NCBI GenBank assembly: GCA_963770565.1
Contig: CAVYQE010000001.1
Location: 928,001 to 992,000 of the forward strand
Direction of reading: 5' to 3'
DNA: 64,000 nucleotides
Origin: an uncultured Actinomycetota bacterium
GTDB taxonomy: Bacteria > Actinomycetota > Actinomycetes > JAFAQI01
A model generated the notes under the pieces. It was given only the letters and a program-made list of their open reading frames with translations. It did no database searches and had not been told where the DNA came from. Positions 10,139 through 19,845 of this stretch are shown in pieces. Made by a program: the position numbers and the translations under genes. Positions within the stretch are counted from its first letter, which is position 1. Each line of letters opens with the position of its first letter.

Positions 10139-10977
10139 CCGTCGCTACCATGCCCGCTCGGCGCAGGCGGAGTTGGCGCCCGTCCGGCTGGCACCTGGTG
10201 CTCATCCCGGTCGCGCTGCTGATGGCGTTCCCGCTGCTGTGGATGGTCGTGACCAGCTTGTCGACGCTCGCCGACACGCAGAAGTTCCCACCGTCGCTGC
10301 CGACATCACTGGACTGGAGCAACTTCTCGACCGCCTGGACCGAGTCACCGTTCGCCCACTGGCTGATCAACAGCACGATCGTGTCGATCACGTGTGTGAC
10401 GAGCAACCTGATCTTGGCCAGCCTGGCCGGATACGCCTTCGCCCGGCTCCGCTTTCCGGGCAGCCGGATCGTCTTCTTCGGGATCCTGGCGACGCTGATG
10501 GTGCCCTTCCAGGTCGTGATGATCCCGACCTTGCTCATCGTCAAGCACCTCGGGCTGGTCAACACGCTGCCGGCGCTCATCGTGCCGAACCTGGTGACAC
10601 CGTTCGGCATCTACCTGTTGCGACAGTTCTTCCTGACGCTTCCGGTCGAGCTTGAGGAAGCTGCACTGATCGACGGGGCCAGCCGCTTCCGCATCCTGCG
10701 CACCATCCTGTTGCCCTTGATGGGCCCGCCGCTGGCCACCGTGGCGGTGCTCACGTTCCTCGACGTCTGGAACGACTTCCTCTGGCCGCTGGTGGTGACG
10801 TCGTCGCCGAACACGATGACGGTCCAGCTCGGCCTGGCCACGTTCCAGAGCGCTCACTTCACCAACTGGCCGGTACTGATGGCTGCGACACTGATGAGCC
10901 AGCTGCCGATGATGGTGCTGTTCCTTGCCGGGCAACGGTTTTTCGTCAGCTCGATTGCGAACACGGGGATCAAATGA
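10135..10977 (+). CDS. Sugar ABC transporter permease
   Basis: LAGYAFAR, LRQFFLTLPVELEEAALIDG, WNDFLWPL. Confidence 0.92.
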   Translation: MTVATMPARRRRSWRPSGWHLVLIPVALLMAFPLLWMVVTSLSTLADTQKFPPSLPTSLDWSNFSTAWTESPFAHWLINSTIVSITCVTSNLILASLAGYAFARLRFPGSRIVFFGILATLMVPFQVVMIPTLLIVKHLGLVNTLPALIVPNLVTPFGIYLLRQFFLTLPVELEEAALIDGASRFRILRTILLPLMGPPLATVAVLTFLDVWNDFLWPLVVTSSPNTMTVQLGLATFQSAHFTNWPVLMAATLMSQLPMMVLFLAGQRFFVSSIANTGIK

Positions 10978-12425
10978 AATCAACCACTGCGCGTGCCGCC
11001 ATCTCCGCTCTTGTCCTGACCCTCGGCGGGGTGGCTGCGTACGGAGCCACCGTCCTGGCCCCACCCTTCGCGCTCGCCGGCACAACTCCGGGCAACGGCG
11101 TCATCGTGGTGTCACCGAGCGGCAACGACAGCAATGCCGGTACGGCGAGCGCACCGCTGCGCACCATCCAGGTCGCCGTGCAACGGCTCCCGAACGGCGG
11201 CACGATCGAGCTGCGCGCCGGTCACTATCACCAGAGGGTTCGGCTCTCCGGTGTCCACGGTCTGACGCTGCGCCCTTACGGCGACGAGGTCGCGGTCCTG
11301 GACGGGAGCGGGTTGACCCCACCAAACGGGACCTCGGCCATGGTCAATATCTCCGACAGCACCGACATCATGATCGCCGGGCTCGCCATCACCGGCTACC
11401 GCACCAGCAAGCTTGGCATCGTGCCGATCGGGGTCTACATGCACGGCCACGACCGCGGGATTCACATCGTCGACAACCACGTCTACCGCCTGGGCAACTA
11501 CAACGGCACCCTGGGCAGCTTCAACATCAACGCGCACGGCATTGCGGCGTACGGCGACGATCCGCACGGCGCGATCCGAGACCTGGTGATCCGTGGCAAC
11601 ACTGTCGACCATCTGCGCACCGGGGCGAGCGAGTCCGTCGTGGTGAACGGCAACGTGAACCACTGGAGCATCACGCACAACCACATCTTCGACAACGACA
11701 ACATCGGCATCGACGCGATCGGCTACGAGCCCACCTTGACGGGCAAGTACCGCTACACGATCGCCGACCGCGCACGACACGGCGTCATCGCCCACAACCG
11801 GATCTCACACATCCAGTCGCGCGGCAATCCGTCGTACTGGGACCACGGCTGGTGCAACTGCGCTGACGGTATCTACATCGACGGTGGGACGCACATCCAA
11901 GTGCGTGCCAACCACGTCACGACCAGCGACATCGGCATCGAGGTGGCGGCGGAGAACGGTCGGGGGACGGCTGACTTCGTGAACGTCCTTCACAACCACA
12001 TCACCGGGAGCTTGTTCACTGGGATCGCAACCGGTGGTTATTGCAACGACAAGCCCAACTGTGGCGGCGTCAGGACCGGGAGTTCGCACGACAACCTGTT
12101 TGCCTACAACGTGTTGCGGGGGAACAACCAGCTCAACGACGGGTCCCCCGAGTTGCTGATCCAGTACCACACTTACCGGGACACGTTCGTGCACAACACC
12201 ATCACCGCCGCGAACCGAGGCCACGTCGTGTACGGAACCGTGCCGAAAGCCGACACCGACGGTCATCCGATCGGCAACCGCAGCGATGACAACCGCTTCA
12301 GGGCGGTGGGGGTCGGTCAGGCCAAGGTGGAGTTCGGCTGGCTGGGTCACACCTACGCCGGGTTCGCGAAGTACCAACAAGCCACCGGGCAGGATGCCCA
12401 CAGCAAGTACTCAAAGGCGACCTGA
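10974..12425 (+). CDS. Secreted right-handed parallel beta-helix (pectin lyase-like) protein
   Basis: Signal peptide; VSPSGNDSNAGTASAPLRTIQ start of fold; Asn/Ile ladders DNDNIGID, DGIYIDGG, DIGIEV; ATGA-coupled to the permease. Confidence 0.8.
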   Translation: MKSTTARAAISALVLTLGGVAAYGATVLAPPFALAGTTPGNGVIVVSPSGNDSNAGTASAPLRTIQVAVQRLPNGGTIELRAGHYHQRVRLSGVHGLTLRPYGDEVAVLDGSGLTPPNGTSAMVNISDSTDIMIAGLAITGYRTSKLGIVPIGVYMHGHDRGIHIVDNHVYRLGNYNGTLGSFNINAHGIAAYGDDPHGAIRDLVIRGNTVDHLRTGASESVVVNGNVNHWSITHNHIFDNDNIGIDAIGYEPTLTGKYRYTIADRARHGVIAHNRISHIQSRGNPSYWDHGWCNCADGIYIDGGTHIQVRANHVTTSDIGIEVAAENGRGTADFVNVLHNHITGSLFTGIATGGYCNDKPNCGGVRTGSSHDNLFAYNVLRGNNQLNDGSPELLIQYHTYRDTFVHNTITAANRGHVVYGTVPKADTDGHPIGNRSDDNRFRAVGVGQAKVEFGWLGHTYAGFAKYQQATGQDAHSKYSKAT

Positions 12426-12501
12426 CCGGGATCGACTGCCGCGGCGGGTGGCTTTGAGCGTCTTTCGCGCGCGATTTCGGCATCGGTGCTAGGCAGGAGG
12501 C

Positions 12502-12672
12502 ATGCAACACGTCGAGGTGGAGCGAGATGGCCGCTGGTGGCCAGGGGTCATGGGTCTGTGGCGCGAGGACCAGCGTGGATGGGTCGCAACGGTGCGGTAC
12601 GCGACCGAGAGTCGTCGCTACACCGAGACCATCGCCGCCGACCGGCTGCGCACGGTCGATACTCCGGACTAG
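12502..12672 (+). CDS. Small 56-aa protein, possible SH3/Tudor-like barrel (absent from ORF track)
   Basis: AGGAGG then ATG; MQHVEVERDGRWWPGVMGLWREDQRGWVATVRYATESRRYTETIAADRLRTVDTPD. Confidence 0.6.
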   Translation: MQHVEVERDGRWWPGVMGLWREDQRGWVATVRYATESRRYTETIAADRLRTVDTPD

Positions 12673-12699
12673 CCAAACCGCTCCCTCGGCAGGCAGCCG

Positions 12700-13770
12700 C
12701 TAGTGTCGCGCGTCTGAAGTTGCTTGACGGGTGGCGTGAGGCAGGATCTCGTCCGCCGTTTTTGTCCAGGTGAATGGGTGGCAGCGGTTGTTCCAGCCGT
12801 CGATGAAGCGGCTGATCGCGACCATGAGTTCTTTGACGTTGGCGAAGCTGCCGCGCCGGATCGCTTGGCGGGTGATGATCCCGAAAAAGATCTCGACCAT
12901 GTTCATCCACGACCCCGATGTGGGTGTGAAGTGCAAGGTGACGCGAGGGTTCTTCGCTAGCCAGGCTTGGACTTCGGTGTGCTTGTGGGTGTGGTAGTTG
13001 TCCAGCACGACGTGGAGCTCACGTCGCGGGTAGGCCTTCGCGACCTGCTTCATGAACGCGAGGAACTCGGCTTTTCCGTGCCGTTCATAGACGGCGTCGG
13101 TGACCTTGCCGGTCGCGACTTCTAGAGCGGCGAACAAGGTCGCGGTGCCGTTGCGCTTGTAGTCGTGGGTGGCCTTCTCCGGCAGCCCTGGGCGCATCGG
13201 CAGGATCGGGGCGGTCCGATCGAGTGCCTGGATCTGGCTCTTCTCATCGACGCAGAGCACGACTGCCTTCTCCGGCGGGTTCAGGTAGAGGCCGACGACG
13301 TCGTGGACCTTCGCCACCAACTCAGGGTCGGTGCTGAACTTGAACGTCCCGCGCCGCCACGGCTGCACGCAGTACTTGCGCCACGTCCGCGCCACGGTCG
13401 CATCGCCGACCTTCAGCTCCGCCGCCAGCAGGCGGGTGGACCAGTGCGTCACCCCAAGGCGCTCCGGCGGCGGGTCGAGCGTCATCGCCAGGATCGCCGC
13501 GTCGTCGACCGTCTTCGGCCGACCCGACCGCGGATCGTCCTGCAGCCCGGCCAAGCCTTCGGCGGCATACCGCTCACGCCACTGGATCACCGTCGGCCTG
13601 GACACCCCAAGCTTCGAAGCGATCGAGGTCGTGCCCAAGCCGTCACCGGCAGCAAGGACGATCCTGGCCCGAGTCACCAGCCCGGCCTTGATCGACGTCG
13701 ACCGAGACCAGCTCTGAAGCGTCGCCCGGTCCGCCTCAGGGATCTGCACACCTGCAGTCAACAGCGCCAT
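12700..13770 (-). CDS. IS630 DDE transposase
   Basis: N-terminal HTH, VDEKSQIQ, HDYKRNG, VLDNYHTH, SWMNMVEIFF. Confidence 0.95.
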   Translation of the reverse strand: MALLTAGVQIPEADRATLQSWSRSTSIKAGLVTRARIVLAAGDGLGTTSIASKLGVSRPTVIQWRERYAAEGLAGLQDDPRSGRPKTVDDAAILAMTLDPPPERLGVTHWSTRLLAAELKVGDATVARTWRKYCVQPWRRGTFKFSTDPELVAKVHDVVGLYLNPPEKAVVLCVDEKSQIQALDRTAPILPMRPGLPEKATHDYKRNGTATLFAALEVATGKVTDAVYERHGKAEFLAFMKQVAKAYPRRELHVVLDNYHTHKHTEVQAWLAKNPRVTLHFTPTSGSWMNMVEIFFGIITRQAIRRGSFANVKELMVAISRFIDGWNNRCHPFTWTKTADEILPHATRQATSDARH

Positions 13771-13828
13771 GCCACAGCATGACGCGAACTCACCCCAATG
13801 TAAAGGAACTAATGACGCGCGACACTAG
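12700..13828 (-). mobile_element. IS630-family insertion sequence
   Basis: Perfect 15-bp inverted ends CTAGTGTCGCGCGTC (12700-12714 / 13814-13828), imperfectly extendable to about 29 bp; TA at both ends. Confidence 0.93.
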
Positions 13829-15044
13829 CTCTGCCGCACGTACATGTAGCGGTATCCGCGGCCGTTGGTGAGGACCAGGGCCAGTGGTATGTCCGAGTGA
13901 TGCTGGGTCACGATGTCGGGTGTGGACCACTTGCCTTTGGGGCTGCGGGTCTGGTGCATGAGCCCGTGGTTCGTCCCCTGAGACCGGTAGATCGCCTGCA
14001 GGCGGTTGCTGCCCGGTTCGGCAGTGAGGAGCAGGTCGATGGATCGCGGGCCGGTGTTCGGGACTCGACGCGGATGAGCCCACCGGCCGCCCACGATGGG
14101 CAAGGTGCTGTGGGCGACGTACACGCCGAGCGGGATAGCGGGCCCTACGTCCGAGCCTCATTCGCGACTCCGCCACAGCCCGACCCACACCTTGCCATCC
14201 GTGCTGGTCACCGACGACACCTGCTGACCAACCCCGTTGAAGAACCTCTGCCCGATTGGCTGTGGGTTGCTCCATGACGCGGTCTGGCCGGGCCGTCGGA
14301 TCCAGGCTGCGATGGTGCCCGCGTTGCCCGCCCCGGTGTCGCCGATGGCCGTCAGGTCACCCGTCCCGGGGTCGCGGGCAACGGCTGCATCGGAAGCATC
14401 GGAAACGCCACTCGAGGCGGGCAGGGTCGATCGCTCGAGCAACTGCCCGGGTCGCACGACCAGCACGGACAGCGGGCTCGTCTGGTTCGCAACCGGGCGG
14501 TTGCCGACGTACAGCACGGCGAGCCGACCGTGCGGCAGGCCGACCGCCTGCGGAAGCGAACCGCTTTCGCCAGGCAATCCGCCGGCCACAGTGGCGGTTC
14601 GGTTGGCCGCCGTGATCGGCGGGAAGTTCGACGCGGTGGTTCGCTTCTTTGCGACGTACAGCTCGTGACCAACGACCATGAGCAGGAACTCGTGGCGGCG
14701 ATCGAGACTCAGCACGAGGCGAGCGGCGGAGATGTTTCGCATCGCTGAGCCCGGAACCTGATGGCTGGTCCAGTGCGAGCTGCCGTGCGCACGGGTCAGG
14801 TATTGCACCCGGGTCATGTGGGCACCCAGCAACAAGGCGGCGTGCGTCGTGCCCTGAGCGTCGCGAACATAGCCAACCGGTACGGCGTTCCCGGTGCCGG
14901 CGGGAACCGGTATCTGGCCGGCCGAGTCACGGAACCCGAATACCGGGTCGGCATTCGCGACCGCAGCAACGCTCATGAAAGTGGCCACCAGCGCCCCCGC
15001 AATCGCAAACTGGAAAATCCGCGACGAGTGCGAGTGGACCCCAT
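13825..15044 (-). pseudogene. Secreted beta-propeller-like protein with a frameshift near the start and an in-frame TGA
   Basis: ORFs 14158-14988 and 13825-14124 share a frame separated by TGA at 14158-14160; one extra G after GAGGAG-N6-ATG (15044) restores the signal peptide MGVHSHSSRIFQFAIAGALVATFMSVAAVANA. Confidence 0.6.
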
Positions 15045-15146
15045 TTGGTGCTCCTCACCACCCGATGCCGACGGCACCTGATACTGCTTCAACGCCTGAC
15101 CCGGCGAAGAAGTTGACACGGCCCTAAGACCGGGCGTCGGAGTGGC

Positions 15147-15533
15147 CTACCTGGACGTCCAGTTCTTCTGCTCACCGCTCATCGCGTTGGCGAGCATCGC
15201 GTTGTGCATGATCTGCAAGACAACGCCTTGATACTCATTCTCAACGATACGCGTGTAGTGGTAGTACCAGTCGGTCGGTACGCGAAGCCCGCGCCGAACT
15301 TTGGTGCAAGGCTGGCCCATCGCCTTGGCGTGAACCATCCGCTGGCGAGCCAGCCCCACCAGCCGGTTGTTGAGGAAGATGAACTGCGGGCGCTTGTCGC
15401 CCGTGTCCGCCAGCATTGCGGGCAGATGCAGGAACGCGATCTCGTCTTCTGTCAGGGGCTGGCCGATCAGCTTCGCCTCTTCGGCCAACTGCCCGATGAT
15501 CCACTCAGCAGAGGCGTCGACCGGATCGGACAT
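15147..15533 (-). CDS. Hypothetical protein
   Basis: Protein-like composition from MSDPVDASAEW; GAAGG RBS. Confidence 0.6.
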   Translation of the reverse strand: MSDPVDASAEWIIGQLAEEAKLIGQPLTEDEIAFLHLPAMLADTGDKRPQFIFLNNRLVGLARQRMVHAKAMGQPCTKVRRGLRVPTDWYYHYTRIVENEYQGVVLQIMHNAMLANAMSGEQKNWTSR

Positions 15534-16078
15534 GAGGGCCTTCCCAGATTGACTCGAATGACCAAGCCAACGTAAGCCACTCGTCAACGTTGCCCACAGC
15601 GGGCCGGACCTGGGATTGCCGGCCTCCGACCCCGGTAGCGCTAGGGGATCTGCAGGGTCCTGACAATGAGCACCTCGTGCGGGTCGTGGAAGGCCGGCAC
15701 CGCTTCCATTCAAATGCCGAGCTCAGCAGCGGCCGGACCCATTCGTTCGGCGCCGAAGGAGATCGTCAGATTCGCGCTGGCGGACGTCAACCTTCAGCGG
15801 ACAGTCCGTGTGCGTGGTGCGGGGCGCGGTCTAGGACTTGGCGACCAGCCCGTACCAAACCGCGCTGATCAGAGCGCCGATCAGGCTACCGAGCATTAGT
15901 GCGGTCATGCATCAAGGATGAACCCGCTCCTCGAGTATGCCAAGTGGTTCACTATAGAAGGATGGCTTGGTGCGGAACGAGGTTCGGTGGGATCCGGCAA
16001 ACCGACCGTCGGAGCATTTCCGGATCTTTGTATTTCCGGATTTTTTCCGATGAGTAAGGGGTGGCTTAGCTGACTCGA

Positions 16079-16107
16079 TTGACCTCTTGCCTACTGGCCA
16101 ATACATT
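16079..16107 (+). promoter_or_regulatory. Sigma70-type promoter of the CHAP gene
   Basis: TTGACC-17 bp-TACATT ending 31 bp before ATG 16139. Confidence 0.55.
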
Positions 16108-16138
16108 CCCACGATCTGACGCACCCGTTGGGGAAACG

Positions 16139-16802
16139 ATGCGCACACATCGACGATGGTTCAGCATCAGCCTCGCGGGCGCAATGAGCGTAACGGTCAT
16201 GTTTGCATCCACCGCCGTGCACGCCAGCGTGGTCGTGCACGCAAAGCCCGCGAGCCGGCACTGTACATCAACGAGTCGCACTGGGGCGAAGCCGTCAAAG
16301 TACAACCGAACACCCAACCGCGCCGGCCCGTGGCGCGTCCCGCTCGATCCATGCAACACCGAGGCTGGGGGCGCGCACAAGGTGCCGTACGCCAATTGCG
16401 CCTACTGGGCTGCCGAGAAGCGACCCGACGTTTGGGTGCACGCGGTATGGAAGTTCGGCTATCCGAGGTTTCACGGCGGCGCGTGGAACATCGAACGCGA
16501 CGCACACAAGGCGGGCTACCGCATCAGCTATCACCCGAAGGTCGGCGATCTCGCGCTCTGGCCACCGAACGCGCGGATGGGTTTCTCGTCGACCGGCAGC
16601 GCAAGCAGCGGCTCGAAGCAGATCTACGTCGCGAGCCGGCGGCCACGTCGCCTACGTGGAGAAGGTGGGTATGCATGGGCAAATCAAGATCAGCACCATG
16701 GGCTGGCTAACGTTGAGCGGCGGCGACGATGGTGGCTACACCGTGACGTTCATCTACAACAAGGACCGAAGTTTCTTCGTGCACCACCGCCCGCACCACT
16801 GA
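16139..16802 (+). CDS. Secreted CHAP-domain peptidoglycan hydrolase (frameshift near 16633)
   Basis: Signal peptide, catalytic Cys in ANCAYWA, PKVGDLALW, and GGHVAYVEKV in the next frame. Confidence 0.75.
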
Positions 16803-16910
16803 ACGGTCGCCGCAGACGGCGTCAGTGGTCATGGGGCGTCTTTGGGGCCAGCACGTCGGCGATCTTCAGTAAGACCAGTCGGATCTCGCCGCGGAGTTGA
16901 GGGAGTGGTC

Positions 16911-17069
16911 GTGAGTCGTTGGGAACCGAGTCGCGAACCATGCGAACACCAGCAGTATCAGTGCCTTCGATGCGCCAACACGGGCTGCACGGTAACCGGC
17001 TGCGCCGGGCAGGGCTTCGACTCCGATCTCTGTCGGTCCTGCGGCCACTTCGAGAAGCGCACGGTCTAG
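16911..17069 (+). CDS. Small Cys-rich putative zinc-binding protein (52 aa)
   Basis: GAGGGAG RBS, GTG; CEH, CLRC, C-x4-C and CRSCGH motifs. Confidence 0.6.
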   Translation: MSRWEPSREPCEHQQYQCLRCANTGCTVTGCAGQGFDSDLCRSCGHFEKRTV

Positions 17070-17090
17070 TTCGTTCGTGCCGTGGGGTCA

Positions 17091-17303
17091 TCAGCGAACG
17101 GTTTGAGGCAGCCTCCGTAGTCGCACTGCCGCCTCGCGCTGGATCAGGACCGGTACGTAGGTTCTGATCCGGGCATCGCGGAATGTGGCTCGAGTCGCTT
17201 GAACCTCGGCGTGCACCTTCGCCGGGCTGACGATCGCGTCGAACTTGCGGTGCAGTGCGTCCTCGACACTGTCGATCTGGGATTGCTCGGTGATCTGCAG
17301 CAC
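17091..17303 (-). CDS. Three-helix bundle dimerization-domain protein (DUF3562-like)
   Basis: GGAGGT RBS; FRDARIRTYVPVLIQREA signature. Confidence 0.7.
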   Translation of the reverse strand: MLQITEQSQIDSVEDALHRKFDAIVSPAKVHAEVQATRATFRDARIRTYVPVLIQREAAVRLRRLPQTVR

Positions 17304-17582
17304 GATGACACCTCCGCGGTGGGGAGCGCACGGACACCTTCGTTCTAGCCCCGCTACGTGAACGGCAGGCAAACGGCCAGACTGGGGGTGCTGATTTCAT
17401 TTGGATCGCGCGCTGGTGGGTATATATACGGTATGGGGGTCTTGTGCGGGCGTAGGGCAGTCCACCTAGCCGCGCCCCGTCATGCTGAGGTCCGAGCGCT
17501 TGACCGTCGCCCGCGAATCATCGATGTTCCTGGTCGTGATGTTGTCGGGGACTACGTCACGGCTGAATATGCATGGTTGCAG

Positions 17583-17768
17583 ATGACCGCGCACGGCTCG
17601 AACCCCGACAGTGCCAGCGAGACTGCCACGGCCTGCGAGTACGTCCGAGCGATCGATGCCTATGTGGTGACCCTCCGAGCGTGTGGGCGACAGATCCCCC
17701 ACCGCATGGATGAAACCGCGGCCACCATCCGCGCCCTTTACCAACCGATGGCCCTACCGGTCGGGTAG
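17583..17768 (+). CDS. Small hypothetical protein
   Basis: Helical, protein-like 3' part of ORF 17358-17768; start uncertain. Confidence 0.35.
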   Translation: MTAHGSNPDSASETATACEYVRAIDAYVVTLRACGRQIPHRMDETAATIRALYQPMALPVG

Positions 17769-17799
17769 CAGTCTCAGCACCCAGGGATACGGACCGCGC

Positions 17800-18234
17800 T
17801 CAACACACAACGGGGAACGGCTTGGGCGGAGCCTTCAGTTCCGCGCGAGGGCAAGTAGCCAGCGACATCCCGCCGAAGCCGAGTGCTTCATCGCACAAGT
17901 CGCTGACGGTCAGTCCGTTCTCGCGGCCCACTCGCGTGATCGTGGCCCGGAAGATCGTGATGTCGAAGCGCTTGGGCGTGCCGTAGGCGATCTGCATGGT
18001 TCCCATCAACTGCGCGGTCCCCGCGCCACCGTCGGGCGCGTTCCACGGCTGGTCGTATCGACGCCAGTTGGTCGGCTCGGACCACCACACGCCGCCCATC
18101 CGAACATCGTGCAACGCCAGCTCCACCAGGACATGCCGCGCCGACTGCTCAGGAACCACCGCGGCCGGCCGAATCACCTCTGTGACCACTCCGTCGTCGT
18201 AGGCCTCGGTAACCAGAATCTCGGTGTCGTCCAC
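17800..18234 (-). CDS. Hypothetical protein
   Basis: GGAGA RBS, GTG; globular composition (WRRYDQPW, YGTPKRFDITIFRATIT). Confidence 0.65.
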   Translation of the reverse strand: MDDTEILVTEAYDDGVVTEVIRPAAVVPEQSARHVLVELALHDVRMGGVWWSEPTNWRRYDQPWNAPDGGAGTAQLMGTMQIAYGTPKRFDITIFRATITRVGRENGLTVSDLCDEALGFGGMSLATCPRAELKAPPKPFPVVC

Positions 18235-18438
18235 GCCATGTTCTCCGATGATTGCTCCTTCACGTATCCCGCTGTCTATCCGTACCGTCGACGGGTCGGA
18301 GACGAACCTGGATGCGCGCATCAGGTGCAGTAATCAGTAGGCCGAACGTGACGTCGACTCGTTGGCGCTGAAGGCGAAGGTCGGCGGCCGGCTAGGCGAT
18401 GCCTGCCCGGTGCCGGGGAGCGCCTCGGGTGGCGCGGC

Positions 18439-19845
18439 TCATGGCGATGGCGTGAACTTCTTCGACGCCGTCACGGCCTTGCCGCCGTTTGGGGTAAAGG
18501 ATCCGGTAATCACCAGGTGTGGATGATGGTGGGCACCGAAAGCGGCCTCGCCGGCGGAGTTCAGCGAAACCTTGACGGTGTGGGTCGACTTGCCGGTGAA
18601 GGAGATCTTGGCGGAGCCGAGTTTCTTGCCGCTGGTGCTCTTCCAGGTGATGACGAGGGTGCCGTGCTCGAGTGCCGAGAAGTGGTAGGTGTAGCCACCG
18701 GCGTCGTGGATCTTCGGGCGTGACGCACCTTTCCCGGTCGGAACCAGCTGCTTCGCCAGCGACGACTTGATCTGTGCCGTGGTCGGCCCCTTGCCGCCAC
18801 CACCGGATGTGCACTTGCGGAGCTGTGACGTCGACGTGGTCATGGCCGCGCTGATGCCGGCCTTCGTTACGTTGGCGGCCACCGTGACCGGGTCCGCGCA
18901 GGACAGCGACGGCCGGTCGTTGTAGTACTGCGTCACGTACGAACCGCCGGCGGTGAACTCGAACCGCATCGGTACGCCGGCCGGACTGTTGACTGAGTAG
19001 GCGCCGCCGCTGCTCGAGAACCGGGTGGCAACCAGGTTGCCGGCCGAGTCGAGCATGCTGACGGTCGCACTACCCAGCCCGGCATGGCTGTTCTTGTCCG
19101 TGACGGCGCCTTCGACGGTGCCGCGCCCGACGATCGCCTGGTTGATCCCCGAGGTGACCGCGCCAGAAGTCGCCGAGACCCGCTTGCCTTCGCTGGACAC
19201 GTACTTGCCGCCGACGTACTGCGGGGAAAAGCGCTGATCGTTGGTGTCCTCGATCTGGACGACCATCTGCACCCCGGGCACTGCTTCGAGCAACGTATAG
19301 GTGCCGTCGGCAGCAGTGATGGCGGGTTCACTCAGCGCCAGGCTGTGGCTCGAGTTGAAGGCCTGCACGTCGGCCCCGGCGGCGGGTTTGCCGTTCTCGG
19401 CCTCGGTGATCTTGCCCTTGATCTCGCCGTACTGGACGAGGCTGCCGTTGACGGTCGTGGGCGTGCCCGAGACGACCCCGACCGGTTCGGCCGAGCCGGA
19501 GTCCTCGACGCCAGGTGACCACTGGGTCTCGTAGCCGAGCCCAGCAGGGGTGATGGTGGCCCCGCTCGTGTCGAACTCGACGTAGTAATCGCCCGGGACG
19601 ATGCCGGCCAAGGTGTAGCTGCCGTCCGCTGCGGTCGTGACCTCACCGATCGTCCCCGTCGTCACGGTCAGCGAGACCTCGACGATGACGCCTTGCAACG
19701 GGCCCTTTCCCGGGCTGGTGACGGTGCCGGTGATGCTGCCGTCCGGGACCGCCGCAGCGGGTTGGACGGCCGCCGGCACGAGGCCAATGGCGACGAGGCC
19801 GACGAGCGTGGCAAGCAGCGCCATCAAGCGCTGTGGTCCGGCCAT
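18439..19845 (-). CDS. Secreted protein with tandem carboxypeptidase-regulatory-like beta-sandwich domains
   Basis: AGGAG RBS, signal peptide, three G.I.G.VT...T.ADG.Y-type repeats, basic C-terminal domain. Confidence 0.8.
   Translation of the reverse strand: MAGPQRLMALLATLVGLVAIGLVPAAVQPAAAVPDGSITGTVTSPGKGPLQGVIVEVSLTVTTGTIGEVTTAADGSYTLAGIVPGDYYVEFDTSGATITPAGLGYETQWSPGVEDSGSAEPVGVVSGTPTTVNGSLVQYGEIKGKITEAENGKPAAGADVQAFNSSHSLALSEPAITAADGTYTLLEAVPGVQMVVQIEDTNDQRFSPQYVGGKYVSSEGKRVSATSGAVTSGINQAIVGRGTVEGAVTDKNSHAGLGSATVSMLDSAGNLVATRFSSSGGAYSVNSPAGVPMRFEFTAGGSYVTQYYNDRPSLSCADPVTVAANVTKAGISAAMTTSTSQLRKCTSGGGGKGPTTAQIKSSLAKQLVPTGKGASRPKIHDAGGYTYHFSALEHGTLVITWKSTSGKKLGSAKISFTGKSTHTVKVSLNSAGEAAFGAHHHPHLVITGSFTPNGGKAVTASKKFTPSP

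Noticed and set aside
14125-14160. In-frame TGA as selenocysteine
   Set aside because: No convincing SECIS hairpin and no redox-motif context
15996-16015. GGCAAACC as a c-di-GMP-I riboswitch
   Set aside because: The GAAA tetraloop and GACGCAAAG elements that should follow are absent
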